Shown here in pieces: positions 8,509 through 19,352 of a stretch of 64,000 nt of DNA. Under the pieces are notes generated by a model. The model saw nothing but the letters and a program-made list of their open reading frames with translations, was not told where the DNA came from and did not search any database. Position 1 is the first letter of the stretch, and each line of letters begins with the position of its first letter. The stretch comes from Clostridia bacterium (GTDB taxonomy: Bacteria > Bacillota > Clostridia > Oscillospirales > Acutalibacteraceae): NCBI GenBank assembly GCA_900768075.1, contig CAAGBN010000068.1, positions 10,827-74,826 of the forward strand, given 5' to 3'. Position numbers and translations under genes: made by a program.

Positions 8509-10224
8509 TTAGCTTATATAAGGATAGGGGTTGACCTTGTAGCCGTTGACAAGCATCTCAAAGTGAAGATGCGGGCCTGTTGAGTTACCCGTTGAGCCGA
8601 TACGGCCTATCTGCTGACCCTGATATACCCTCTGACCCACACGGACTGTAATCGAACCGGGGTACATATGAGCGTATCGGGTTTTGATGCCGTTGCCGTG
8701 GTCGATGACAACTGTATGGCCGTAGCCGTACCAACCGCTGTATGCAGTGACAACTGTACCCGAAGCAGCAGCTACAACAGGTATACCTGCTGATGAGCCT
8801 GAGCCGAGAACAATGTCTATACCACCGTGATATGACCAGCCTGAAATGCTTGCACTTCTGTAGCCGTAGTATGATGAAACTCTGTAAGCACCTCTTGTGG
8901 GCCAGATGAAGCCTGTTGAACTGCCGTAAGAGCCACCGTAATAGGAAGCCTTGGTACCAATCTGCACTATTTCCGTAATCGGATGAGTGACAACCTTTTC
9001 GGATACAGTAGCTGTGTAAGCTTTTTTCGAGCCGATATAGGTTACAAGCTCAGTGATGAGCATTTTGCCGTTTTTACCCTTTTGCAAGGTCTTTTTAGTG
9101 CCCTTATAAAGAGTTGAGGTGTTTTTCTTGACAGTGTCATATTTGATAGTTTCATAGCGTGTGACAGTCTTCATAGTCTTGACTCTCACAGGTGAATCCT
9201 TTGATTGAAGCACCTTGAGAAGCTCAGCCGTATCCCATATGATGTCGCTGTTTTCGGGATAGTAGCCCTGAACGTACTCGATTTCTTCTACAAAGCCTAC
9301 AATGGTGTCAGCCTGAGCCTTTTTTTCATAGGGTGCGAGTATACTGTCGAGAACTGAAAGAGCATCTGATTCATTGAGCACAGCGCATAAAAGCTCTCCG
9401 TTGATATATATACCGCAGGCTTTTTTATATTCCGATGAGCTGTTGGCAAGCAGACTTTCGCTGATTACCTCTGCACTGCTGAGACCCGAGGGCTTTATTC
9501 TTTCTGTTTTAAAGGTGATATCTTTTAAAAATTCTGCAGACTCATCTGTGCCGTAAAGCATAGACAGTGCCTTGTTTTTACCTTCGTTCCATACGCTTCG
9601 GCTTTCGGCATATGCAATAGGTGTGCCCTGATACATAATCTTAAGGGCAGTGATTCTGTTGTCAGTCGCGTGAAAGGCTATAATGACAACGAGGATTGCC
9701 GCAAAGGGGAGCAGGTGATTGACAAGGCTTGAGACAAGCTGTTCCTGCTGAAAGAAGTTTTGTGAAATATAGCTTTTGAGAGATTTGATAAAAAAGGATG
9801 TTTTGTTTTCATCCTCCTGCTTTAAGGTCAGAACACGGATGGTCTTGATATCTCTGCTGATAGCTTTGCCTTTTGCAAGGTGCTGTCTCAGATTTTTATC
9901 TCTGAGTCGTCGGAAGGTTCTGCCTGAAAATGAAAGCAGAGCCGAAAATGCTTTGACAGGTATCAGCACTAAGGGAAGCAGTAAGCTTATGAGCTTTTTG
10001 AAAATACCGATATACATTTCACCGAGGCTTTCGGCAAAATCAAGAAATCTCTCAATAATATGAGCTTTATCAGATGATAAGACAAGGTCGACAGGCTTTT
10101 TAGGTGCAGAAGCAGTGACTTCTGTGGGTATGATTATCCTTTCAGCTTCGCCCTTGTCATACTCGGCATATTGTATATTATCCGAGCCGTAAAGGGAAAA
10201 TATATCTTTCTTTTCTTTTTCCAA
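8509..10224 (-). CDS. M23 family metallopeptidase with G5 domain and N-terminal membrane region
   Basis: C-terminal HGGIDI...HLHFE M23 motifs. G5-like segment (TVKKNTSTLYKGTKKTLQKGKNGK...EIVQIGTK). Hydrophobic helices in the N-terminal third. Confidence 0.85.
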   Translation of the reverse strand: MEKEKKDIFSLYGSDNIQYAEYDKGEAERIIIPTEVTASAPKKPVDLVLSSDKAHIIERFLDFAESLGEMYIGIFKKLISLLLPLVLIPVKAFSALLSFSGRTFRRLRDKNLRQHLAKGKAISRDIKTIRVLTLKQEDENKTSFFIKSLKSYISQNFFQQEQLVSSLVNHLLPFAAILVVIIAFHATDNRITALKIMYQGTPIAYAESRSVWNEGKNKALSMLYGTDESAEFLKDITFKTERIKPSGLSSAEVISESLLANSSSEYKKACGIYINGELLCAVLNESDALSVLDSILAPYEKKAQADTIVGFVEEIEYVQGYYPENSDIIWDTAELLKVLQSKDSPVRVKTMKTVTRYETIKYDTVKKNTSTLYKGTKKTLQKGKNGKMLITELVTYIGSKKAYTATVSEKVVTHPITEIVQIGTKASYYGGSYGSSTGFIWPTRGAYRVSSYYGYRSASISGWSYHGGIDIVLGSGSSAGIPVVAAASGTVVTAYSGWYGYGHTVVIDHGNGIKTRYAHMYPGSITVRVGQRVYQGQQIGRIGSTGNSTGPHLHFEMLVNGYKVNPYPYIS

Positions 10225-10264
10225 GGACGCGACCTCCTCCTTTCATCATATTTTTATAGTTTAA

Positions 10265-10735
10265 TTATTTTTTAGGGTAGATGAGCTTATCAGCTGTCCA
10301 GCCGAAGAGTACCTCATACATTTTTGCAGCCTCTTCCTTTGCACCCTTAAGGTCGTGGTCACGGTAGTTGCCGCATTCCTCAGCTGATACACCGGGAATT
10401 TCGCCCTCAAATTCAGCGCAGAACTTAAGTGCTGAGCGAGTCAGTGCAATAGCGCCTGCCTTTGAAAGAGTATCAAGAGTGATGAAGTAGAAGCCTGTTC
10501 TGCAGCCCATAGGACCGAAATAAACGATTTTATCTGCAACGTCGCTGTTTCTTACAAAGGTTGCAAAAAGATGCTCAAGGGTGTGAATTGCGCCGTTTGA
10601 CATAACATCCTCGACGTTGGGACGTCTTGTTCTTATGTCATAGGTAACAGTATTGGCATCTGTACGTGAGAGATACATACCCTTGGGAAGAATTGTGTGG
10701 TCGATTGTAAAGCTTGCAATTTTTTTCATAATCAT
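10265..10735 (-). CDS. luxS: S-ribosylhomocysteine lyase
   Basis: HTLEHLFAT metal-binding motif and a conserved GCRTGFY segment. The start could instead be the ATG two codons downstream (10729). Confidence 0.9.
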   Translation of the reverse strand: MIMKKIASFTIDHTILPKGMYLSRTDANTVTYDIRTRRPNVEDVMSNGAIHTLEHLFATFVRNSDVADKIVYFGPMGCRTGFYFITLDTLSKAGAIALTRSALKFCAEFEGEIPGVSAEECGNYRDHDLKGAKEEAAKMYEVLFGWTADKLIYPKK

Positions 10736-10745
10736 ATTTCCTTTC

Positions 10746-12788
10746 TCAGTTGAAGCTGAGTTTGCTTTCAGCTTGCTTTATAAGTAAATTTTTAGTTGCT
10801 GTTTTAAGTCCCTTGTTTTCATCCTTTGAGAGGGTAGGGTCTTCGGCTAAGATTTTCTTTGCTGCTGCATGTGTCTGACGGACAGTATCCATATTTTCCG
10901 TAAAGGATGCGATTTTCATTTCAGGTAGACCGTGCTGACGTGAGCCGAAAAATTCACCGGGACCTCGCAATTCAAGGTCTCTGTCTGCTATGGTGAAGCC
11001 GTTGTTGGTTTTGCACATAATTTCAAGTCTCGCCTTAGCGGTTTCACCTTTGGCATCACTTACAAGTATACAGTAAGATTTATCCTTGCCTCTGCCGACT
11101 CGGCCACGAAGCTGATGAAGCTGTGACAGACCGAAGCGCTCGGCGTTTTCTATAACCATAACAGTTGAGTTGGGTACATCAACCCCCACTTCAATAACAG
11201 TGGTGGAGACAAGAAGCTGAATATCTCCCGACTGAAAGCCTGACATAATTTTATCCTTTTCCTTGGCTTTCATTTTGCCGTGAAGAAGACCTACCTTGTA
11301 TTCTTTGAACTCTTTTTTTGCAAGAGCTTCAGCGTGCTGTACAGCCGAAGCTATATCGTTTTCATTTTCCTCTACGGCAGGGCATACGATATATGCCTGA
11401 TTGCCCGAGTCAAGATTTTTCTTTATAAAGCCGTACATTCTCTCACGGTAGGATGAGTCAACGGCAAAGGTGGAAATCTTCTGTCTGCCCTTTGGAAGCT
11501 CGTCTATAACGGACACATCAAGGTCACCGTAGATGATAAGTGAAAGAGTACGGGGGATGGGAGTTGCACTCATAACGAGAGTGTGAGGATTGTTGCCCTT
11601 GCCTGTGAGGGTGCCTCGCTGACGCACACCGAAGCGGTGCTGTTCATCAGTGACAACAAGCCCGAGGTTGTGAAATTCGGTGTTGTCTGTCAGCAGAGCG
11701 TGAGTGCCGACAATATAGTCAATCTCACCGTTTTTCAGTCTTTCCTTGATATCTGCTTTCTTTTTTGCTGATACCGAGCCTGTGAGAAGCTCGCAGGTGA
11801 TATGGGGGTCGGTAATGAGATTGCTGAGAGTCTTATAGTGCTGCTGAGCCAAGATTTCTGTGGGAGCCATAAGGACACTCTGCATATTGTTTTTTGCGGC
11901 AGAGTACATAAGAGATGCGGCAACTACAGTTTTACCGCTGCCAACATCACCCTGAACGAGTCTGTTCATAGGCACACTGCACTTCATATCAGCGATGCAC
12001 TCACTGATAACTCTTGTCTGAGCATTGGTCAGAGTAAAGGGGAGAGTCTTTATGAAATCCTCGGAATAATCCTTTTTCAGCGAAAGGCTTGTCCTGCCCT
12101 TGTTTCTGCTTTTAAGGCGAAGCATAGCAGTCTGAAAAATCAGAAGCTCCTCGAAAATAAGACTCTTCTTTGATATTTCAAGGTCATTTTTGCTCTTTGG
12201 GAAGTGGATATTTCTAAGGGCAAAATTCTTATGAGCCAGTGAATACTCACTTCTGATTTTTTCGGGTATGGGTAAAGGAATATCCTCTTTCAGATAAGCC
12301 TCGAGAGCATTTTCCATTATTTTGCAGAGAATCTTTGAGGTGATACCTGCTGTCAGAGGATAGACAGGCTTGAGGCCTGCCTCTTTATCATACGGCACAA
12401 CAAGAGGGTTGCTCATTTCGAGATTGCCTGTATTGGCTGTGACCTTGCCGTAGAAGATATATTCTTCTCCCTGCTCGAGAGAGTCAGCGAGATATTTGCT
12501 GTTGAATATATTTATACGTACTCCCGCCTTACCGTCGGTGACGGTGGTTTTATAGATAACCATACCTGTGCGGATTTTATTTTCTATGGGAGTATAGCCG
12601 ACTATGGCATTGAAAGCGTAAACATTGCCCGGTTTCATCTGAGATATAGGGGTCAGATCTGTGAAATCAAGATAAGTCCTCGGAAAAAAGTGCACAAGAT
12701 CATAAAGAGAGAATATGCCGAGCTTTCTGAGAAGCTCCTCTCTCTTTTCGCCTATGCCTTTTATATATCTCAAAGGAATATCTGACAT
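10746..12788 (-). CDS. recG: ATP-dependent DNA helicase RecG
   Basis: 680 aa. Wedge domain plus SF2 helicase motifs (GDVGSGKT, DEQHRFG, SATPIPRTL, QLHQLRGRVGRG). Confidence 0.95.
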   Translation of the reverse strand: MSDIPLRYIKGIGEKREELLRKLGIFSLYDLVHFFPRTYLDFTDLTPISQMKPGNVYAFNAIVGYTPIENKIRTGMVIYKTTVTDGKAGVRINIFNSKYLADSLEQGEEYIFYGKVTANTGNLEMSNPLVVPYDKEAGLKPVYPLTAGITSKILCKIMENALEAYLKEDIPLPIPEKIRSEYSLAHKNFALRNIHFPKSKNDLEISKKSLIFEELLIFQTAMLRLKSRNKGRTSLSLKKDYSEDFIKTLPFTLTNAQTRVISECIADMKCSVPMNRLVQGDVGSGKTVVAASLMYSAAKNNMQSVLMAPTEILAQQHYKTLSNLITDPHITCELLTGSVSAKKKADIKERLKNGEIDYIVGTHALLTDNTEFHNLGLVVTDEQHRFGVRQRGTLTGKGNNPHTLVMSATPIPRTLSLIIYGDLDVSVIDELPKGRQKISTFAVDSSYRERMYGFIKKNLDSGNQAYIVCPAVEENENDIASAVQHAEALAKKEFKEYKVGLLHGKMKAKEKDKIMSGFQSGDIQLLVSTTVIEVGVDVPNSTVMVIENAERFGLSQLHQLRGRVGRGKDKSYCILVSDAKGETAKARLEIMCKTNNGFTIADRDLELRGPGEFFGSRQHGLPEMKIASFTENMDTVRQTHAAAKKILAEDPTLSKDENKGLKTATKNLLIKQAESKLSFN

Positions 12789-14320
12789 CAGTTAATTACA
12801 CTCCAGGAATAAATATTGTTGAAAAGCTCATATTCGTTTACGGTGTCCTCATAGGTGAGCTCTCGTGAATAATAAGCCATACCCTCTCTGAAAAGAAGAG
12901 GAATAAAGGGCTTTTCTAAGTTGAAGACCTGTAAAAAGGTTGATATATCAATTTTGCCGCTGATGAAATCGGAATATGCCTTGACTACAGATGAGTCAGT
13001 GTCAATTCCGTAAGAGGCACTGCCGTCTTCTGAGAAGAAGGGTGAAAGACTCATATTAGGCGCAAGCTTTACTTCGCCCACATAAAGGTCAAAATCACCG
13101 TATCGCAGAGCGGTTATATATTCATTGTAGCTGACGGAGTTGACAGTGACATTGATACCGACATCCCTGAGAGAGCTTGCAATCATAGATGCAATTTTCT
13201 TTTTAGGTGCACTTTCCTCGTTGACGAGAAGAGTCAGCTCAATATAATCAAAGTTTTTACTTCTGTATTGGTTATTTGCATAAGCGAAGACATAGCCTGC
13301 CTCATCGAGAAGCTCACCTGCCTTAAGATGATTCTGCTCATAGATGACAGTGCTTTGCTCGCTGAGAATTTCCCATGAGGGGTTGAAGGGCACATCGCTG
13401 ATAGAAGCAATACCGCTGTAAGCTGAGTCGGCAAGAGAAATCTTATTGATAGCATAAGCTATGGCTTCTTTTACCTTTTTTGCCTTAAGCTCCTTAGTGT
13501 CGGAGTTTATGCCGAGATAAACCATATTGTTAAGGCTGACTCTTGCAGTGTTTGCTCTGATCTTGGTGTATTCGCCGTCACTCAGGTCGTCGAAGAAATA
13601 AGTCAGGTCGCCTGTCTGTAAAAGATAAAGCTCGCCTGCATCAGAGGTTATAGGCGAAAGGCTTATGCTGTGAGTTGCCATTTCTTCCTGTCTTGTTGAG
13701 ATTTCGTTGGCGATAAGAGTGTATTTGCCGTTTTTCTTTGTCAGGGTGTATCTTCCGCTGCCTGTAGGTATATTGTTGTCTCCCGTGCCGTATTTGACAA
13801 TGGGGAAGGTCAGACAGTTTACGGCAAAAATATCTTCATTGACAAGGTTGAAGGTCACACTGCCGACACCTGCCGCAGCAGATGAGAAATTCTGCAGTCT
13901 GCCTGCATATTGCTCGCTTTCCCTGGCAAGGTCAAAGGAATAAACAACGTCTGCAGGCTCGATAGTTGAGCCGTCCCAGAAAAGAGCCTCGGAGTCAATG
14001 GTGACAGTGAGCATTTTTCCGCTGTTGGTATAGGAAAGACCTATAAGAGGCTCAACGGCATAGGCTTCTGTCGGCAGGAAAAGACCGTCATAAACCAATG
14101 TCATAAGATTTTTATTTGTGGGACTTGCTGTTTTATAGGGGTTAAGGGATTTGTTTTTATAGTAGCCCAGGCTTACCTTTCTTTCGGGTATGGGATTCTG
14201 AATTTCGGTAATTTCTTCGGTGGGGGCTGTTGTTGAAGTTTCGTCTTCTTTTTCACCGCAAGCTGAAAGGATACCGATAATTATTGCAAAGCATGCAAAA
14301 AGACATATCAGCTTTTTCAT
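12788..14320 (-). CDS. Family-5 (peptide/nickel type) ABC substrate-binding lipoprotein, orphan
   Basis: Lipobox ILSAC. SBP_bac_5-like core. No permease or ATPase genes are adjacent. The stop overlaps the recG start by 1 nt. Confidence 0.75.
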   Translation of the reverse strand: MKKLICLFACFAIIIGILSACGEKEDETSTTAPTEEITEIQNPIPERKVSLGYYKNKSLNPYKTASPTNKNLMTLVYDGLFLPTEAYAVEPLIGLSYTNSGKMLTVTIDSEALFWDGSTIEPADVVYSFDLARESEQYAGRLQNFSSAAAGVGSVTFNLVNEDIFAVNCLTFPIVKYGTGDNNIPTGSGRYTLTKKNGKYTLIANEISTRQEEMATHSISLSPITSDAGELYLLQTGDLTYFFDDLSDGEYTKIRANTARVSLNNMVYLGINSDTKELKAKKVKEAIAYAINKISLADSAYSGIASISDVPFNPSWEILSEQSTVIYEQNHLKAGELLDEAGYVFAYANNQYRSKNFDYIELTLLVNEESAPKKKIASMIASSLRDVGINVTVNSVSYNEYITALRYGDFDLYVGEVKLAPNMSLSPFFSEDGSASYGIDTDSSVVKAYSDFISGKIDISTFLQVFNLEKPFIPLLFREGMAYYSRELTYEDTVNEYELFNNIYSWSVIN

Positions 14321-14334
14321 TTCAAAGCTCCTTT

Positions 14335-15108
14335 TTATTCAAATCGTACTGTTTCAGTGCCAAGGCACCTGCCACTTTTTTCGTCAATATTAAATATACA
14401 GCCGTTAATCATACACTTGCCCTTTGCGTTGTCGAAACGGGCAGGCATATTTGTTCTGAATTTTTCGATAACTATATTCTTTTCAACACCGAGGACGCTG
14501 TCAATTGCACCGCACATACCGATATCGGTGATGTAGCCTGTGCCACCCTCGAGTATTCTGTCGTCGTTTGTGAGTACGTGGGTGTGAGTGCCGAAAAGTG
14601 CTGACACTCTGCCGTCGAGGTAATAGGCAAGTGCCTGCTTTTCTGATGTTGCCTCAGCGTGAAAATCAACAAGTATAATTTTTGTCTTGCCCTCGAGCTC
14701 TTTCAGGGCTCTGTCTGCGGCATAAAAGGGGTTGTCCAGATTATCCATAAACATAGTACCCATCAGATTGATTATGCCGACGGTGTGCATACCCGTATCA
14801 ATAAGGGCTACACCTCTGCCGGGATTGCTCGGGGAAAAGTTATAGGGTCTGATTATATATTCATTGTCATCGAGAAAGTCAAAGACTTCCTTTCGTCTGT
14901 AAACGTGATTGCCTGTGGTGATAAAATCCACACCGCTTGTGAAAAGGTGCTCAGCGGAAAAAGGAGTGATACCGTTTCCGGCAGATGAGTTCTCACCGTT
15001 GGCAATGGTAAAATCAATACCCTTGAGCTTTTTGAATGCTGAAAGCTTTTTTCTTATAAATTCGCAGCCGCTGTCACTGACAACGTCGCCTAAAACAAGT
15101 ATGTTCAT
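14335..15108 (-). CDS. ymdB: YmdB-type (TIGR00282-like) metallophosphoesterase
   Basis: MNILVLGDVV..., GNH and DFHAEATSEK motifs. 257 aa. Confidence 0.85.
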   Translation of the reverse strand: MNILVLGDVVSDSGCEFIRKKLSAFKKLKGIDFTIANGENSSAGNGITPFSAEHLFTSGVDFITTGNHVYRRKEVFDFLDDNEYIIRPYNFSPSNPGRGVALIDTGMHTVGIINLMGTMFMDNLDNPFYAADRALKELEGKTKIILVDFHAEATSEKQALAYYLDGRVSALFGTHTHVLTNDDRILEGGTGYITDIGMCGAIDSVLGVEKNIVIEKFRTNMPARFDNAKGKCMINGCIFNIDEKSGRCLGTETVRFE

Positions 15109-15136
15109 TTTGTATCTCTTTCTATCAGTTGTAAAA

Positions 15137-15844
15137 TCAATCGTATAAGTATTCGCTTACATCGAAGTCATCGTCATTGGGATAATAGTCCCAGCCGTCA
15201 TAGTAGTTGCCCTTGGTTTCCTCAGAGTCAATTTCGGGGATTTCCTTGATTACCTCAAACTTGTGACCCTGCATCCATAAGAAGTGGCTGATTCTGATGG
15301 TGTATCCGCAACCCGGAGGTGTCATCCAATCGCTGACAGATGCTTCGGGTAAGCCGAAATTTGCAAGAATAGTTGAAATAACACCGCCGTGAGTGACAAT
15401 GATAAGGTCTTTGGTGCCTGTCTTGATTACACCGTCAACTATCTTAACAAAGGATGAGCAGACTCTGTTTGCAAAGTCCTCGTTACTTTCACCGAAGGGA
15501 GGTCTTACACCGGGCTCGCCTCTGAGCCAGGGCTCAAAGTTAGGTTGCTTCTTGTGAAGCTCATCTGCTGTCTTACCCTCGAATTCACCGAAGTTATATT
15601 CTGTCAGTCCGTCAATAACTATAGGCTTAAGGTCAGGATAGAGAAGCTCTGCAGTTTCTTTGCAGCGAGTAAGAGGAGAAGTGAAAATAAACTGTCCCTC
15701 GGGATAAATATATTCCTCTTTCATCTGCTTGAGCTGGTCCTTGCCGTCTTCACAAAGGGGAGTGTCGGTGATACCGCAGTAGACACCCTCAATATTATCC
15801 TTTGTTACACCGTGACGGATAAGATGTATTCTGTAAGTTTTCAT
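15137..15844 (-). CDS. Histidine phosphatase (phosphoglycerate mutase) family protein
   Basis: RHG motif (LIRHGVT) and a later VTHGG motif. Acidic C-terminal extension. Confidence 0.8.
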   Translation of the reverse strand: MKTYRIHLIRHGVTKDNIEGVYCGITDTPLCEDGKDQLKQMKEEYIYPEGQFIFTSPLTRCKETAELLYPDLKPIVIDGLTEYNFGEFEGKTADELHKKQPNFEPWLRGEPGVRPPFGESNEDFANRVCSSFVKIVDGVIKTGTKDLIIVTHGGVISTILANFGLPEASVSDWMTPPGCGYTIRISHFLWMQGHKFEVIKEIPEIDSEETKGNYYDGWDYYPNDDDFDVSEYLYD

Positions 15845-15986
15845 ATGTAAAACCTCTGCTTTCAGGTAGTTTTATCTAATAATATAATATTATATAATAA
15901 TCTTAATGGAAATTCAATCTAATAATTGAAAAAAGAGAAAAAGTCAGTTATAATATGAGAAGAAAAATATATTTCGGGAGAAAGCT

Positions 15987-18900
15987 ATGCTTAATTTTAT
16001 CACAGGAGTCAAAAACAGCTCAAAAACCAAAAAAGCCCACGAGATACTCGGTAAGTGTGCTCTTGAGGGCAAAAAGACTATGCTTATAGTACCCAAGCAG
16101 TTTACCTTTGACACAGACCGAGGCATACTGCATCTTCTCGGACCCAAAGCGGCAAGTGAGATTGAGGTGCTTTCTTTTTCGCGTCTTTGTCACGTTGCAG
16201 TTAAAACCTACGGTGGTATAAAGACTCCCATAGCCAAAAGCGGTATGCGAGAGGTTTTTATGTCTGTGGCTATAGAAAGTGTCAGAGATTCCCTTAGGGT
16301 ATTTGCCAAGCATAAAAACGAAATTGCTCTTGTGACGAAGCTTCTTGATGAGATTGACAGACTCAAAAACAGCGGTATTACTGCCGATGAGCTTGAAATG
16401 AAAGCTGAGCTTCTAAGTGATAATCTGCTTAAAGAAAAGCTTCTTGAAACAGCACTCGTATACCGAAGCTTTGATGCTATAGTCTCCCGAAGTCATTTTG
16501 ACGATGCAGATATGCTGATGAAGGTTTATGAGATACTCAGAGATACTGACTTCTTTGAGGGTAAAACCATAGTCATCGACGGTTTTAAAAGCTTCACTGT
16601 GCCCGAATATAAGCTTATAGAGCTGATGATGAAAAAAGCAGACGATCTCTATATAACCCTTTGCAGTGATAATATTCTTGACACTAACGAGCTTAGTGCA
16701 TTCAGCTGTGTAAATGCCACTGCAAGACGTCTCAGACTTATTGCAGGTAAGAATGGCTCAGAGGTGGGGCAGGTGATTTGCTGCAGCAGAGACGAATCTG
16801 CATTCACCGATGAAATGTATCATCTTCAGGAAAATATCTATAAAACAGCTCCCGATATTTTTGAGCAGGCAACTGACAAGGTTACCATTATAAAATCAGA
16901 TAAGCTCGAAAATGAATGTGATGCCGTTGCAAGACAGATCAAAGCTCTTATCAGGTCTGATGAGTACCGCTGCCGTGATATTGCAGTGGTCTACAGACAG
17001 GATGAAAAGTACCGCAAGGCACTTGTGCGCTCAGTTAAAAAATATGACCTGCCCTTATTTGAAGATAAGCGTCAGCCCGTAGCGAGTCAGCCTCTTATCT
17101 GTTTTGTAAGAAATCTTCTTGCAGTATGCAGTGAGGGTTATAATTCAGACTATATTTTCAGGCTCATTAAAACGGGTCTTTTAGGTTATGGAGAAAAGGA
17201 AACTGCAGAGCTCGAAAACTATGTTTTTGTCTGGGATATCAAAGGCAAGCAGTGGCTCAGGGAATTCACTATGAATCCTGACGGCTTCGGCAGTGTACAA
17301 GGTGAAAAACAGCAGGAAGCTCTCGGCAGAATCAACGCTGTAAGAAAAAGCGTAACTGACCTTATTACAGGTGTAAAAGAGAAAATTTCAGATTCAACAG
17401 GTGTGAAAATTGCAGAGGCGCTCTACAGATTTTTGCGTCACAGCGGTGCTGACCAAAGACTCAAGGATTATGCTTTATTGCTTGAGGGTCAGGGCCTGAG
17501 CGACCTTGCCACAGAGCAGGAGCAGGTCTGGGATATTCTGATGGAAATTTTAGATGACCTTGCTCAGAGCTTGGGCGACAGACCTGTGAGCATAAAGCGT
17601 TTTGCTCAGCTGTTTGAGCTTGTAGTTGCTTCAAAAAGTCTCGGCAAATTGCCCGACGGCTTTGATGAGGTGAGCATTTGCAGTGCAGACAGAATGCTGA
17701 CAAAATCAGCTAAGGTTGTCTTTTTAGTGGGTATGAATACGGGAGTCTTCCCTTTGCAGAGAGCTCAGGGAGGTATATTCTCGGGCTACGAAATAAAGAA
17801 GCTCGAAAAGGCAGAGCTTGAAATAGGCGACGACGTGAGAAAGCTTGCCCTGGAAGAAAGATTCATCAGCTATAATGCTCTTTCAAGCGCCACAGAAAGA
17901 TTATATCTTTCATACAGCACAGGTGCTGACGGCGGTGAAATTCTCACAGAAAGTGAATGTGTAAGACAGATTGAAAGCATTTTTATAAACTGCAGATGTA
18001 TCAATACAGTTTCTCAGGATATAAGTGAGCTTATAGAAAGTGAACAGTCAGCCTTTGAGCTTATGGCCAAAAGATGGAATCTTTCTGACGGCAGAACAAA
18101 GGCACTGAAAAAATACTTCTCCGATAAAAAAGAATATGAGGGCAGACTTTCTGCCATAGGCAGAGCAGCTTCTGATAAAGACTTCTCTATTGAGGATAAG
18201 GATGTTGCTATGTCGCTTTTCGGCAGAAATATATATCTTTCAGCATCCAAGCTTGAGGTTTACAGCAAGTGTCCCTTTATGTACTTCTGCCGTTACGGTC
18301 TTAATGCAAACCCGAGAGAGCGAGCTACTCTTGATGCGAGAATGGGCGGTAACGTTGTTCATCACGTGCTTGAAAAAGTGCTCTCTGAATATAAAAACAG
18401 AGAATTTCTACAGCTTAGTGAAGAAGAAATAGATGAGAGAATCAGATATCATCTCAATGACTATCTGCATCTTTATATGAGCGACGGCGAAAATATGTCT
18501 CTGAGATTTAAATATCTTTATTCGAGAATGTTCAAAATTCTCAAGCATCTTTTTGAAAGAATCATTCTTGAATTTGAAGACAGTGACTTTGAGCCCTGCG
18601 ACTTTGAGCTTTCTGTTGACAGAGACAGTACCGTTAAGCCTTTCACAGTTGAGCTTTCTGACGGCAAGGTGGAGCTTAAGGGTAAAATTGACAGAGTTGA
18701 TAAGCTTGATAAAGACGGAAAAAGATATATCCGTATTGTTGACTATAAAACAGGCACAAAAACCTTTGAGCTCAGCGACGTATTTTACGGTATGAATATG
18801 CAGATGCTTCTTTATCTTGTCAGCATCTGGCGCGGAGGCAGTGAGTTTTATGAGAACATCACACCTGCAGGTATACTGTATTTTCCTGCTAACCTTGTGC

Positions 18901-19352
18901 ACTGTGATGTTGACAGAAACGAAAGCGAAGAATCAAAGGCTAAGAAGCTTCTTTCACGAGGCAAGATGAACGGTATGCTTGTCTTTGACGAGGAAAGCAT
19001 CGAAGCTATGGATAAATCAAAAAAGGCAGTCTTTTTACCTGTCAGCTTTGACAAGAAAACAGGTCAGGTAAAAGGCAAATTCATAACTCTCGGTCAGCTT
19101 CAGAAGCTTGGTGAGTTGATGGATTCCATAATTAAAGATATGGGTGAAAATCTCCATAAGGGTGTGGTAGGTGCAATGCCCTTATCGGGACCGAATTTTT
19201 CTGAAACCTGCAGCTGGTGCAGTTATAAAGACGTATGTCAGAAAGAAAAGCCCACGGCAAGATATGCTGAAAAGCTCAGCCACGATGATTGTATAAGAAA
19301 GCTTATGGGAGGTGAGGACAATGGCGAGAATCTGGACAAAGGCACAGAGTGA
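15987..19352 (+). CDS. addB: Helicase-exonuclease AddAB, subunit B
   Basis: 1121 aa. Degenerate helicase N-terminus. C-terminal RecB-type nuclease with Fe-S cysteines (CPFMYFC ... CSWCSYKDVC). Overlaps addA. Confidence 0.9.
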   Translation: MLNFITGVKNSSKTKKAHEILGKCALEGKKTMLIVPKQFTFDTDRGILHLLGPKAASEIEVLSFSRLCHVAVKTYGGIKTPIAKSGMREVFMSVAIESVRDSLRVFAKHKNEIALVTKLLDEIDRLKNSGITADELEMKAELLSDNLLKEKLLETALVYRSFDAIVSRSHFDDADMLMKVYEILRDTDFFEGKTIVIDGFKSFTVPEYKLIELMMKKADDLYITLCSDNILDTNELSAFSCVNATARRLRLIAGKNGSEVGQVICCSRDESAFTDEMYHLQENIYKTAPDIFEQATDKVTIIKSDKLENECDAVARQIKALIRSDEYRCRDIAVVYRQDEKYRKALVRSVKKYDLPLFEDKRQPVASQPLICFVRNLLAVCSEGYNSDYIFRLIKTGLLGYGEKETAELENYVFVWDIKGKQWLREFTMNPDGFGSVQGEKQQEALGRINAVRKSVTDLITGVKEKISDSTGVKIAEALYRFLRHSGADQRLKDYALLLEGQGLSDLATEQEQVWDILMEILDDLAQSLGDRPVSIKRFAQLFELVVASKSLGKLPDGFDEVSICSADRMLTKSAKVVFLVGMNTGVFPLQRAQGGIFSGYEIKKLEKAELEIGDDVRKLALEERFISYNALSSATERLYLSYSTGADGGEILTESECVRQIESIFINCRCINTVSQDISELIESEQSAFELMAKRWNLSDGRTKALKKYFSDKKEYEGRLSAIGRAASDKDFSIEDKDVAMSLFGRNIYLSASKLEVYSKCPFMYFCRYGLNANPRERATLDARMGGNVVHHVLEKVLSEYKNREFLQLSEEEIDERIRYHLNDYLHLYMSDGENMSLRFKYLYSRMFKILKHLFERIILEFEDSDFEPCDFELSVDRDSTVKPFTVELSDGKVELKGKIDRVDKLDKDGKRYIRIVDYKTGTKTFELSDVFYGMNMQMLLYLVSIWRGGSEFYENITPAGILYFPANLVHCDVDRNESEESKAKKLLSRGKMNGMLVFDEESIEAMDKSKKAVFLPVSFDKKTGQVKGKFITLGQLQKLGELMDSIIKDMGENLHKGVVGAMPLSGPNFSETCSWCSYKDVCQKEKPTARYAEKLSHDDCIRKLMGGEDNGENLDKGTE

